From Patescibacteria group bacterium (GTDB lineage: Bacteria > Patescibacteriota > Microgenomatia > UBA1400 > PJMF01): 41,628 nucleotides of DNA. A program made the translations under genes and the position numbers. The stretch is taken from assembly GCA_018816485.1 (NCBI GenBank), contig JAHIVL010000073.1, positions 1 through 41,628 of the forward strand, given 5' to 3'. The notes beneath the pieces were generated by a model. It was not told where the DNA came from. It saw only the letters and a program-made list of their open reading frames with translations, and searched no databases. Shown here piece after piece: positions 33,009 to 40,906 of the stretch (position 1 is its first letter; every line of letters begins with the position of its first letter).

Positions 33009-33659
33009 TTGATCATATATATGAAAACTGCAGTTCAAAACAATCTTTCTTACCCTAGAATTTTCCCAACATCTAAAAATACCGCCCTTTCTTCAGAAGT
33101 TAGTTTAGTAATAGGTTTGGTTGGTCCAATCGCTAGTGGCAAGGGAACAATATCTGAATTTTTAAAATCCAAGGGCTTTAAGTATTTTTCATTGTCCGAT
33201 GTGGTTAGAGCCGAAACATTTGCTCGTGGCTTGGAAATTACTAGAGAAAATCTGCAAGATATTGGGAATGATTTAAGAGAAAATTTTTCAGGATCTGTTC
33301 TAGTAGATCGAATTGTTGATGAAATTAAAAAACATGACTTTGTTGTTATTGACGGAGTAAGAAATCCTCAAGAAATTTCTGCAATAAAAAATGATTTGGG
33401 TGGAAAAATAGTCCATATTTCAGCTTATAAAAGTAGGCGTTTAGAGAGATATCTCAAGAGAGCTAAGGTTCGGGGAGAAGATGATGCGACTATTTCAAAG
33501 TTCAAACAAGTAGAAGCAAGAGACTTAGGAGTTGGAGAAGGAGAGAATGGTCAACAAGTTTCCGAATGTTTGAGCTTGGCTGATTTTAAACTCGTTAATA
33601 ATTTATCTTTAGATCAATTTTACTTAGATTGTGAAAAAATGTTGAGCGAGTATTCATGA
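33009..33659 (+). CDS. P-loop nucleotide kinase (dephospho-CoA kinase / dNMP kinase-like)
   Basis: Walker A 'GLVGPIASGKGTISEFL' and 'VVIDGVRNPQEI'. The track starts at TTG 33009, but ATG 33021 is more likely. Confidence 0.5.
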   Translation: MIIYMKTAVQNNLSYPRIFPTSKNTALSSEVSLVIGLVGPIASGKGTISEFLKSKGFKYFSLSDVVRAETFARGLEITRENLQDIGNDLRENFSGSVLVDRIVDEIKKHDFVVIDGVRNPQEISAIKNDLGGKIVHISAYKSRRLERYLKRAKVRGEDDATISKFKQVEARDLGVGEGENGQQVSECLSLADFKLVNNLSLDQFYLDCEKMLSEYS

Positions 33660-33684
33660 TATCAAAAAATGCTATAATATAGAT

Positions 33685-34341
33685 ATGGCAACTAAAATGG
33701 CAGGTACAACTTTAGCTGAGAAAGATCGTTTAAGACGACACGTTGACGAATATTCAGAAGTTATGAGGAAGGAAGTTCCATGCAAGCGTCATAATTCTGC
33801 TTTCTTACCTAAGCCAAAAAGATTAACGATTGATATTCAAGCTGAGAGCGAGCAAATAGTATTAGTGCTCAGGCAACATGTGATTACTCAAACAAAATCA
33901 GTTTTTATTGTGGTGGCTTTACTTCTTTTGCCACTGCTCTTTTCAGCAACCCAAATTTTTTCTTTTTTACCACTTACATATAGATTTGGGAGCATGATGG
34001 GTTGGTATCTATTTACGGCAGGGTTTTCTCTAGAATGCTATTTGAAATGGTTCTATAGAGTTTTTATTGTTACAGATGAAAGAATTATTGATGTCGATTT
34101 TAACTCGATGATCTATAAAGATGTCTCCACAACAAAGATTGATAAAATTGAAGATATTACCGCAATAACAAGTGGCTTTTTTTCTTCAATATTTGATTAC
34201 GGTACTGTGATTATCCAAACTGCAGGAACTAAGCAAGAATTAGAGTTTGAGGATATTCCACAGCCTGCTAAAGTTACTGCACTCTTAAATGAGATGATCC
34301 TTGAAGAAGAGTTAGAAAAATTTGAAGGGAGGGTCAATTAA
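33685..34341 (+). CDS. Membrane protein with a bacterial PH (bPH_2/YdbT-like) domain
   Basis: 'EQIVLVLRQHVIT' followed by two TM segments, then 'RVFIVTDERIIDVD....DYGTVIIQTAGTKQELEFEDIPQPAKV', the bPH_2 pattern. Confidence 0.55.
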   Translation: MATKMAGTTLAEKDRLRRHVDEYSEVMRKEVPCKRHNSAFLPKPKRLTIDIQAESEQIVLVLRQHVITQTKSVFIVVALLLLPLLFSATQIFSFLPLTYRFGSMMGWYLFTAGFSLECYLKWFYRVFIVTDERIIDVDFNSMIYKDVSTTKIDKIEDITAITSGFFSSIFDYGTVIIQTAGTKQELEFEDIPQPAKVTALLNEMILEEELEKFEGRVN

Positions 34342-34580
34342 TGAATCCATTATATTTACTTCAAATTAACAATGGTAGTGAAATTATGCTTGTAGTGGTC
34401 AAGTATATGTTTGTCTTAGCTGGATTTTTATATTTGTTATATGCAATTTTAGTTACCAAACAAGTTTCAATAATGAGTAAGACTGTGGAAACAACCAACT
34501 CAACACAAAACAAGGTTTTAGCATTCGTTCATCTAGTTATAGCAATATTGATTTTGATATACTACTTACTAGTTTTGTAA
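34341..34580 (+). CDS. 79-aa two-TM protein (DUF5657-like, tentative)
   Basis: 'VVKYMFVLAGFLYLLYAILVTKQVSIMSKTVET....LAFVHLVIAILILIYYLLVL'. TAATG overlap with the upstream gene. Confidence 0.45.
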   Translation: MNPLYLLQINNGSEIMLVVVKYMFVLAGFLYLLYAILVTKQVSIMSKTVETTNSTQNKVLAFVHLVIAILILIYYLLVL

Positions 34581-34615
34581 GGTAATTTTTGCATTGGTGT
34601 GATAGAATTTGATTA

Positions 34616-36574
34616 ATGATTCGTCTCAAGGTAACTCCAGTTGTGGGCTTGCCACAGTTTACAGGTTGGTCCCAAGTAGCTGAAAGCATTTCCTCAGTCA
34701 GCACTAGGTTAATTAGTGTATTTGCAATTTCAGGTAAGCATGCTGGCAATGTTGGCAGAGATGTTTCTGATAAAATTTCCGACTTTTACTATTATGATAT
34801 TGAACAACTTCATGAATTTGTTCAGGATTTAGTTGAGTTCGTAAAGGAAAATGATTGTGAGCTATTTATTTCATGCGCTTTAATTAGTGGCAAAAACAGC
34901 GTTTTTGTTACTAAAGGTGGCTCTGTTTTTCTAAAGAGAAAAGAAAAAATTGGAAAAATATTATTCTCGCAAGACCAAATTAAGATTGTAAAAGGAAGCT
35001 ACACAAATGACGATGTTTTTGTGCTCACAACATTTCAAGCTACTCAGTTTTTAAACGAGATTGAACAAAAATTTTCTCAGGGATTTGATGTTGATATCAT
35101 TATTACCTCTGTTGTGCCTGGGCTTCATGCGCAAACAGACTCTTCTTTATCTGCAATAGTTTTTATCAATCAATTTCTCGAAGGAGAGGATGATGATGAA
35201 AAACATACAAAAAATCAAGAAGTAAAAAATGAACCAAGTTTAGAAGCCAGTATTGAAGTTGATGAGACCGATGATCTAGATAATCAAGTTGGAGATTTTA
35301 AAATTTCTACAGATTTACCAAAAAATTTAGTTAATTATTTATCAAAATTAAAACTTGTTGTTTCAAGGTCCGAAATTTTTTCTAAAGTCGGCATATTTAT
35401 TAAATTCTTTTTCAAAAGAAGCATCAGTATTTTTAAACAAATAAAAATAAAAGAATTTTTTTCTAACATTAAGTCAATAAAGAGAAAAAAACTAGTTTCT
35501 ATGGTTATTGCAGTATTGTTTGTCATAGGAGTTATTTTTTCATTTGTAATCAGTAATAAAAATGAAGCAGAAAAAATTAATTCTTTGATGATTCCGATTC
35601 AAGAAAGAATTGATCTCGCTCAACAACAATTAATTACAGATCCAATTTCAGCAAGGGAGATTGTTCAAGAAGCAATTAGTTCTTTAGAAAAATTACATAA
35701 AGAAAATTCAGAGAGTAGTGCAATTAAACTCATAGATGAAAAAATAAATCAAACCTCAGATTTTTATAATGAGATTTCAGGGAAAAAAGAAATGAGTGAG
35801 CTAGATGTTTTTTATGATCTTAGGTTAGTTAAATCTGATTACATTGCTAACGATGTCGATGTTAATAACGACAAACTAGTTCTTCTTGATTCAGAAAAGA
35901 AACAGATTATTGTGTTAGACATTTCAACAAAAAAAGTTGAAGTTAAAGATTTCTCAAGTTACGAAAATGCAAGTGATTTGGCTGTAAACGAGAATGAAGT
36001 ATTTGTACTTTCGGATGGTTTGAAGTCATTTGAGTTGGCAGATAACAGTGAAATAAAAACAGTTAGAGAGTTGGGTGATTCTAACAGAAATGCTATTTTT
36101 ATTAACGCCTATGATCGATTTGTATATGTGATTAACCCTGAAAAACGTGAAATTTATAGATATTCTAAAGGTGACGATGGATATTCAGATCCAATTGGAT
36201 GGATGCAGTCAGCAACTGGACTAAAGTATGACAAAATAACTTCATTTTCAATTGATGGAGATATATGGTTTTCAACGATTGATGGTCAAATAAAGAAGTT
36301 TGCTAGTGGTAGAGAAGAAGGTTTTATTACTAGAGGACTTAATGAAGAATTTTCGAGTAGTATTAAAATATTTACGAACATTAATCAAGAAAATATTTAT
36401 GTATTAGAGGTAGATAAAAATAGAATTGTGATTTTTTCTAAAGACGGAGAATTTAAAAGAGAAATAAAATCTGTTTCTCTTTCCACAGTTAAGGAAATTG
36501 CAGCGAGCGAAGAATTAAATAAAATTTTTGCCGTGAGTGGCTCGATCGTTTTTGAAATTCCAATTTCTCTATAG
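34616..36574 (+). CDS. Bitopic membrane protein: cytoplasmic PP2C/SpoIIE-like (probably degenerate) domain, one TM, helical linker, beta-propeller-like repeats
   Basis: 'VFAISGKHAGNVGRDVS', 'NSVFVTKGGSVFLKR', 'DDVFVLTT' and 'DSSLSAIVF' follow PP2C block order but lack the canonical Asp residues. The TM is 'LVSMVIAVLFVIGVIFSFVI'. C-terminal repeats such as 'KLVLLDSEKKQIIVLD', 'RFVYVINPEKREIYRYS' and 'IYVLEVDKNRIVIFSKDGEF' are NHL/propeller-like. Confidence 0.45.
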   Translation: MIRLKVTPVVGLPQFTGWSQVAESISSVSTRLISVFAISGKHAGNVGRDVSDKISDFYYYDIEQLHEFVQDLVEFVKENDCELFISCALISGKNSVFVTKGGSVFLKRKEKIGKILFSQDQIKIVKGSYTNDDVFVLTTFQATQFLNEIEQKFSQGFDVDIIITSVVPGLHAQTDSSLSAIVFINQFLEGEDDDEKHTKNQEVKNEPSLEASIEVDETDDLDNQVGDFKISTDLPKNLVNYLSKLKLVVSRSEIFSKVGIFIKFFFKRSISIFKQIKIKEFFSNIKSIKRKKLVSMVIAVLFVIGVIFSFVISNKNEAEKINSLMIPIQERIDLAQQQLITDPISAREIVQEAISSLEKLHKENSESSAIKLIDEKINQTSDFYNEISGKKEMSELDVFYDLRLVKSDYIANDVDVNNDKLVLLDSEKKQIIVLDISTKKVEVKDFSSYENASDLAVNENEVFVLSDGLKSFELADNSEIKTVRELGDSNRNAIFINAYDRFVYVINPEKREIYRYSKGDDGYSDPIGWMQSATGLKYDKITSFSIDGDIWFSTIDGQIKKFASGREEGFITRGLNEEFSSSIKIFTNINQENIYVLEVDKNRIVIFSKDGEFKREIKSVSLSTVKEIAASEELNKIFAVSGSIVFEIPISL

Positions 36575-36589
36575 GGTTTAATTACCTAA

Positions 36590-36692
36590 AACCTAGCTAA
36601 ATATTTATATAAGCAAACCTAATGGAGCGTAGATTTATAATATTTCAAAATCTGCGCAATCGAGTTTGATTATATAAATATTTAGCTAGGTT
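36590..36692. repeat. Perfect 23-bp inverted repeat with a 57-nt spacer that contains a nested 10-bp hairpin, ending 2 nt before the smpB ORF
   Basis: AACCTAGCTAAATATTTATATAA (36590-36612) is the exact reverse complement of TTATATAAATATTTAGCTAGGTT (36670-36692). The inner arms GCGTAGATTT (36627-36636) and AAATCTGCGC (36648-36657) give 9 Watson-Crick pairs plus 1 G-U. Confidence 0.85.
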
Positions 36693-36694
36693 AA

Positions 36695-37159
36695 ATGCGT
36701 TATAATACTCTCATGCTTCTATTAAAAAACAAACGAGCAACTCATGACTATTCCATAGAGAAAACCTATGTGGCAGGTATTGTATTGAGTGGTCCCGAAG
36801 TCAAAAGTTTGCGCAACAAAAGCGGGAGTTTTAAGGGAAGTTATGTTAAAGTTATTAGTGAAGAGGTCTTTTTAATTAATGCTCAAATTACTCCATATAC
36901 TTTTGCCGATAATGAAAACTATGATCCCAAGAGAACTAGAAAATTATTATTGAAAAAGAAAGAGATTGCTAGTTTAGCAGAAGAACTAGATAAAAAAAAC
37001 AGAACACTTGTCCCCCTAAGTTTTAATACTATCGGAAGGAATATTAAAGTAAAAATTGGCGTTGGCATCGGTCTAAAATTTCATGATAAAAGAGCTAAAA
37101 TGAAAAAAAGAACTATTGACCGAGAAGTAGCAAAGGAACTAAAGTCGGTGGGGAGATAA
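36695..37159 (+). CDS. smpB: SsrA-binding protein SmpB
   Basis: 'KNKRATHDYSIEKTYVAGIVLSGPEVKSLR', 'DPKRTRKLLLKKKEI' and 'VKIGVGIGLKFHDKR'. The alternative start at ATG 36713 (MLLLKNKRA..) is at least as plausible. Confidence 0.9.
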   Translation: MRYNTLMLLLKNKRATHDYSIEKTYVAGIVLSGPEVKSLRNKSGSFKGSYVKVISEEVFLINAQITPYTFADNENYDPKRTRKLLLKKKEIASLAEELDKKNRTLVPLSFNTIGRNIKVKIGVGIGLKFHDKRAKMKKRTIDREVAKELKSVGR

Positions 37160-37180
37160 AACCACCTCTCGACTTTTATT
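37144..37180 (+). terminator. Weak candidate intrinsic terminator overlapping the smpB stop
   Basis: GTC/GAC plus GGTGG/CCACC form an imperfect stem (37144-37173) followed by TTTTATT. Confidence 0.25.
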
Positions 37181-37242
37181 AATAATTAATCTTTAATATA
37201 GATAAGGTTTTTGTAATATTATTTATAAGGAGTACCTAAATT

Positions 37243-37470
37243 ATGCCTAAAAAAGTTTTTTGGCCAGCATCACTTGTATCGATGGGTTTCATTTTTTTGG
37301 CATCTAATCTGGGTTATTTGCCTAGAGCCTTTTGGAATCTTTGGCCAATTATTTTAATTGTTGTAGGATTAGGTGGCTTGCTCACATCTGACAAAGAAGA
37401 GTGGGAAAGTTCAGGAAAAAAAACCGCTAAAAAAGTGGTTAAAAAAGCAGTTCGTAAAAGAAAGAAGTAG
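37243..37470 (+). CDS. Small membrane protein, LiaI/LiaF-like TM region (DUF5668-like), with a Lys-rich tail
   Basis: 'FWPASLVSMGFIFLASNLGYLP..FWNLWPIILIVVGLGGLL' then 'GKKTAKKVVKKAVRKRKK'. AGGAG lies 10 nt upstream. Confidence 0.55.
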   Translation: MPKKVFWPASLVSMGFIFLASNLGYLPRAFWNLWPIILIVVGLGGLLTSDKEEWESSGKKTAKKVVKKAVRKRKK

Positions 37471-37473
37471 GGT

Positions 37474-38181
37474 TTGAACAATCATTTCCACATAGCCATC
37501 GATGGTCCTGTTGCTGCGGGCAAAGGTACTATCTCAAGGATCATTGCTGAGAGATTAAATTTTCTATACATTGATACGGGAGCAATGTATAGAGTCGCTG
37601 TGTTGTTGGCAATGAAAAATGATGTTCAGTTTGATGACGAAAATGCTTTAGTAGCTTTGTTAGAAAAATCTGAAATTAAAATGAATAATCCAGTTGGTCT
37701 AGAAAGAGATGGTCGTTTGACAACTGTGATCGCCAATAATAAGGATGTTTCTTGGAAAATAAGAACTGAAGAAGTTGGCAGAGGCGCTTCTATTGTTAGC
37801 CAAATAACTGCAGTAAGGACAATTCTAGTTAAGAAACAACAGGCAATAACTCAATTTCAAGATGTAGTAATGGAAGGTAGGGATATTACTTATAAAGTAT
37901 TGCCTAATGCTAATCTCAAGATATACTTAACAGGAAAGGACTTTATAAGGGCAAATAGAAGGCACCTACAACTTCAAAATAGAGGGATTGATGTATCCTT
38001 TAATCAAGTTTATTCAGATTTGGTTTTAAGAGATAAGATGGATATAGAGAGAACCAATGATCCACTTAAAATTGTCGATGACGCTTGGGTGATTGATACA
38101 AGTGATTTATCGATAGAACAAGTGGTAAATTTAATTGTTTTTAAAGTAAATATCATGCAGGAAACATTGTTAGAAAATTAG
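37474..38181 (+). CDS. cmk: Cytidylate kinase
   Basis: 'IAIDGPVAAGKGTISRIIAERLNFLYIDTGAMYR', 'VMEGRDI' and 'DKMDIERTNDPL'. TTG start per the track. Confidence 0.9.
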   Translation: MNNHFHIAIDGPVAAGKGTISRIIAERLNFLYIDTGAMYRVAVLLAMKNDVQFDDENALVALLEKSEIKMNNPVGLERDGRLTTVIANNKDVSWKIRTEEVGRGASIVSQITAVRTILVKKQQAITQFQDVVMEGRDITYKVLPNANLKIYLTGKDFIRANRRHLQLQNRGIDVSFNQVYSDLVLRDKMDIERTNDPLKIVDDAWVIDTSDLSIEQVVNLIVFKVNIMQETLLEN

Positions 38182-38203
38182 ATTATTCAAAGTAAGGGTA
38201 AAA

Positions 38204-38431
38204 ATGAAAAGGAAAAGATCTAAATCAAATGAGCTTTTAAATGAAGAACTAATAAGGCGTACTCAAGAAGTTGAAGACGAAAAAGAAGAAGAAAAAAAAG
38301 TTCGTTTGGAAAAAAAAGAAGAAAAAGAGAAAAAGAGAAAGCGGGAACAAGCAGAAAAATTGGTTGCACCAATTTTATTAGTTATCACGATAATTATTTC
38401 TCTAATTGTTAAGGTTTTGAATAATAATTAG
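38204..38431 (+). CDS. Hypothetical tail-anchored protein with a highly charged Lys/Glu N-terminal region
   Basis: 'EVEDEKEEEKKVRLEKKEEKEKKRKREQAEK' followed by the TM 'LVAPILLVITIIISLIVKVL'. Confidence 0.4.
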   Translation: MKRKRSKSNELLNEELIRRTQEVEDEKEEEKKVRLEKKEEKEKKRKREQAEKLVAPILLVITIIISLIVKVLNNN

Positions 38432-38451
38432 CACTCCAAAAACGATTTTGT

Positions 38452-40683
38452 CTAGAAGTTTGGTTTGGTTTTTATAAAAGGAGAAGGTGAAATTTTCGGT
38501 ACCAGCGGACGACAATATTTTGGCTCGACTTTTGGTTCTGTTCCTTTTATAAAGTACTCATCAATTATTGTCGAACCTTTGCAAACTTTATTTGATACGA
38601 TATTATTTGGTATAGCAAATAGATGTGGATTTTTTTCATTAAGTTGAGTTCTGATAATTTTATTCCAAATTGGTGAAGCGCCAGTAATTCCTGATGCTAC
38701 ATAACTCATCGAAGTATTGTCATTATTTCCAACCCAAACAGAAACTAACCTATCTGATGTATAGCCAAAAGTCCAGTTATCTCTTAGGTTGTTGGTTGTA
38801 CCGGTTTTAACTGCAACTTGTTGACCGGGAATATGTAAAGTAGACAAAGGTCCGAAGGCAGGGGTTCTAGCCGAATTATCTGACAAAATACTTGAAATTA
38901 AAAAGGCAACTCCCTGATTTAAAACTTTTCTATCCGAACAGTCTTCATTGTTTAAAACACACTCGTTTTGATAATAAATTTTTCCTTTATAGTCTTTGAT
39001 TTCTAAGATAGGATTTGTTTCTACATGATATCCACCAGTGGCCAATGTACCATAGACTTCAGTCATGTCTAACATGGTCACTTCACCACCACCTAATGTT
39101 AATGATAAACCAAATCTTGATCTATCTTTCCAGGTTGAAATACCCATTTCTTCTCCCAAATCAATCATGTTGTTGACGCCATTCTCAGCTAAAGATTTTA
39201 CTGCTGGAATATTATATGAAGAAGCTAAAGCCTCTCTAATTGTTACATTACCATGGTATTTTCCATCATAGTTTCTTGGAGAGTATGGTTTGGATCCTAG
39301 TGTTTGATATGTAATTGGACTATCGTTTATAATCGAAGCCAGTGTTTGTCCATGTGATAAAGATAGAGCATAATTAATTGGTTTTATCGAACTTCCTGGC
39401 TGCCTTGGTCTTAAGGTTACATTGACTTGTCCATCATTCTCAAAATCAAAGTAGTCAGTACTACCAACCATTGCCAATACTTCACCAGTTTTTGGATTCG
39501 TAACCATGGCTGCACCGTTGCCAACTCTCAATTTTTGCAAGCTTATGATTTCATCAAAAACAATTTCTTCGGCTTCTTCTTGGGTTTTTAGATCAAGTGT
39601 TGTTCTTACTTCGAGCCCGCCGTTATTCAAGATTTCTTCACCGTATTCTTGAGCAAGAATTCTTTTTACATACATCACAAAGTGAGGAGCTTTAATATCA
39701 ATTTTACTGGTGTTTAATACAAGAGTTTGGTTTTTGGCTTTGTCAGCATTTTCTTCAGTTATATAACCATCTTCCACCATTCTTCGTAAGACTTCTTCTT
39801 GTCTTTTTGAAGCAAATTCAGGGTTTGGTCCGAATGGAGTGTAGGCCGATGGAGCAGCAGGCAATCCAGCTAATACTGCACTTTCAGCCAATGTAAGTTT
39901 GTTAGCTGGTTTGTTAAAATATCTCTGTGAAGCTTCTTCAATTCCGTAAGTTGATCCTCCGTAAGCAACTTGGTTCAGATACATTTCTAATATTTCATCT
40001 TTGCTGTAAACTCCTTCAACAAGGATGGATAGTAAAATTTCTTTAATTTTTCTACTAAATGTTCTTTGAGATGTTAACAATCTATTTTTTACCAATTGTT
40101 GAGTGAGAGTTGATCCTCCTTGAAGTTTTTCTCCTTTGAAATTGGAAATTATTGCTCTGGAGATTCCTCTAATTGAAAATCCATGATGATAATAAAAGTC
40201 CTTATCTTCGATAGCGATCGTTGCGTTAATTATGCTTTTGGGAATTTTGGACAAGGGAATAATACTGCGGTTTTCATTTTCATAAATTTTATATAAGATT
40301 TCTCCATTTCTATCTAAAATTTTTGTTGAAACGCTTTGCTCTTTTTTTGTTAAGTCGAGTGGTGAGGGGAGGTCTTTAAAAATTTGATCATAAGCCCAGT
40401 AGGTTGCTAGAAAAAATATTCCACTAATTAATAAAGCTATTAACGAGTGTTTCTTGTGATTTTTAAAAGTTAGTTTAAATGAAACCAATATTTCTAGCCA
40501 GAGTTGATAGGGTTTAGAGGATTGGATTTTTTTTAACCTTTTTTCTTTTTTTGTAACTACATACTTTTTTGTTTTAGCTTTTTTTTGTTTAATTTTTTGT
40601 TTAATAGCATACGCAAGAAGATATTTTTTTAAGGATTCTTTTTTATTTTTTTGTGATTGGTGATCAAAAAGTAGTATATTCAT
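38452..40683 (-). CDS. Class A penicillin-binding protein (GT51 transglycosylase plus transpeptidase, PBP1A-type) with a Lys-rich N-terminal extension
   Basis: GT51 blocks: 'IEDKDFYYHHGFSIRGISRA', 'GGSTLTQQLVKN', 'RKIKEILLSILVE'. Transpeptidase blocks: 'GSSIKP' (SxxK), 'SYN', 'KTGTTNN'. Confidence 0.9.
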   Translation of the reverse strand: MNILLFDHQSQKNKKESLKKYLLAYAIKQKIKQKKAKTKKYVVTKKEKRLKKIQSSKPYQLWLEILVSFKLTFKNHKKHSLIALLISGIFFLATYWAYDQIFKDLPSPLDLTKKEQSVSTKILDRNGEILYKIYENENRSIIPLSKIPKSIINATIAIEDKDFYYHHGFSIRGISRAIISNFKGEKLQGGSTLTQQLVKNRLLTSQRTFSRKIKEILLSILVEGVYSKDEILEMYLNQVAYGGSTYGIEEASQRYFNKPANKLTLAESAVLAGLPAAPSAYTPFGPNPEFASKRQEEVLRRMVEDGYITEENADKAKNQTLVLNTSKIDIKAPHFVMYVKRILAQEYGEEILNNGGLEVRTTLDLKTQEEAEEIVFDEIISLQKLRVGNGAAMVTNPKTGEVLAMVGSTDYFDFENDGQVNVTLRPRQPGSSIKPINYALSLSHGQTLASIINDSPITYQTLGSKPYSPRNYDGKYHGNVTIREALASSYNIPAVKSLAENGVNNMIDLGEEMGISTWKDRSRFGLSLTLGGGEVTMLDMTEVYGTLATGGYHVETNPILEIKDYKGKIYYQNECVLNNEDCSDRKVLNQGVAFLISSILSDNSARTPAFGPLSTLHIPGQQVAVKTGTTNNLRDNWTFGYTSDRLVSVWVGNNDNTSMSYVASGITGASPIWNKIIRTQLNEKNPHLFAIPNNIVSNKVCKGSTIIDEYFIKGTEPKVEPKYCRPLVPKISPSPFIKTKPNF

Positions 40684-40714
40684 TAGTAAATCGAGTAATT
40701 TTGCTCAATTTTGG

Positions 40715-40743
40715 ATGATATCATACTAGGCTAGTTGATACAA
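40715..40743 (-). promoter_or_regulatory. Candidate promoter for the PBP gene
   Basis: On the minus strand: TTGTAT (40743-40738), a 17-nt spacer whose last 3 nt (TGa) precede TATCAT as an extended -10, then TATCAT (40720-40715). It lies about 30 nt upstream of the ATG at 40683. Confidence 0.25.
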
Positions 40744-40906
40744 TTAGATATATTTAAAAACTCTAGCTTGTCTAGCGACCTTTTTAGCATCTGTGCTTCT
40801 TTTTTTTGCAGTACATTTTTAGTGAGGCAATTCGCGGTAGTGACTTTTCAGTAAGGAAATTATATTATAATTTAGTCTTAAGATAAAGTTTGAGAAATGT
40901 AAATAT

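Noticed and set aside
32995-33010. The 16-mer TTTTTTGCAGTACATT is shared by two intergenic regions (32995-33010 and 40802-40817), each upstream of a plus-strand gene.
   Set aside because: A rough estimate for this AT-rich composition suggests about one such 16-mer coincidence per window. The distances to the downstream starts differ (about 10 nt versus about 90 nt), and neither copy aligns with a convincing -35/-10 pair. It is worth a genome-wide motif count but is not supported here.
36575-37242. A possible tmRNA (ssrA) gene next to smpB.
   Set aside because: Neither flank of smpB contains a tRNA-like acceptor/T-arm (no GGTTCGA-type T-loop and no GGGG... 5' end), and the spacers of 120 nt and 83 nt are too short for a tmRNA.
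629-39271. Short ORFs in the supplied track that lie inside longer genes. Most are on the opposite strand; 5167-5370 is same-strand out of frame. They are 629-868, 5151-5402, 5167-5370, 6309-6515, 7623-7829, 12615-12827, 12656-12931, 14959-15201, 19457-19663, 20234-20422, 25899-26093, 26198-26416, 26610-26792, 27575-27796, 28989-29258, 34537-34749, 35335-35526, 38465-38647 and 39065-39271.
   Set aside because: Each overlaps a longer ORF with clear family motifs. Their translations are low-complexity with no recognisable domains, so they are typical shadow ORFs of an AT-rich genome.
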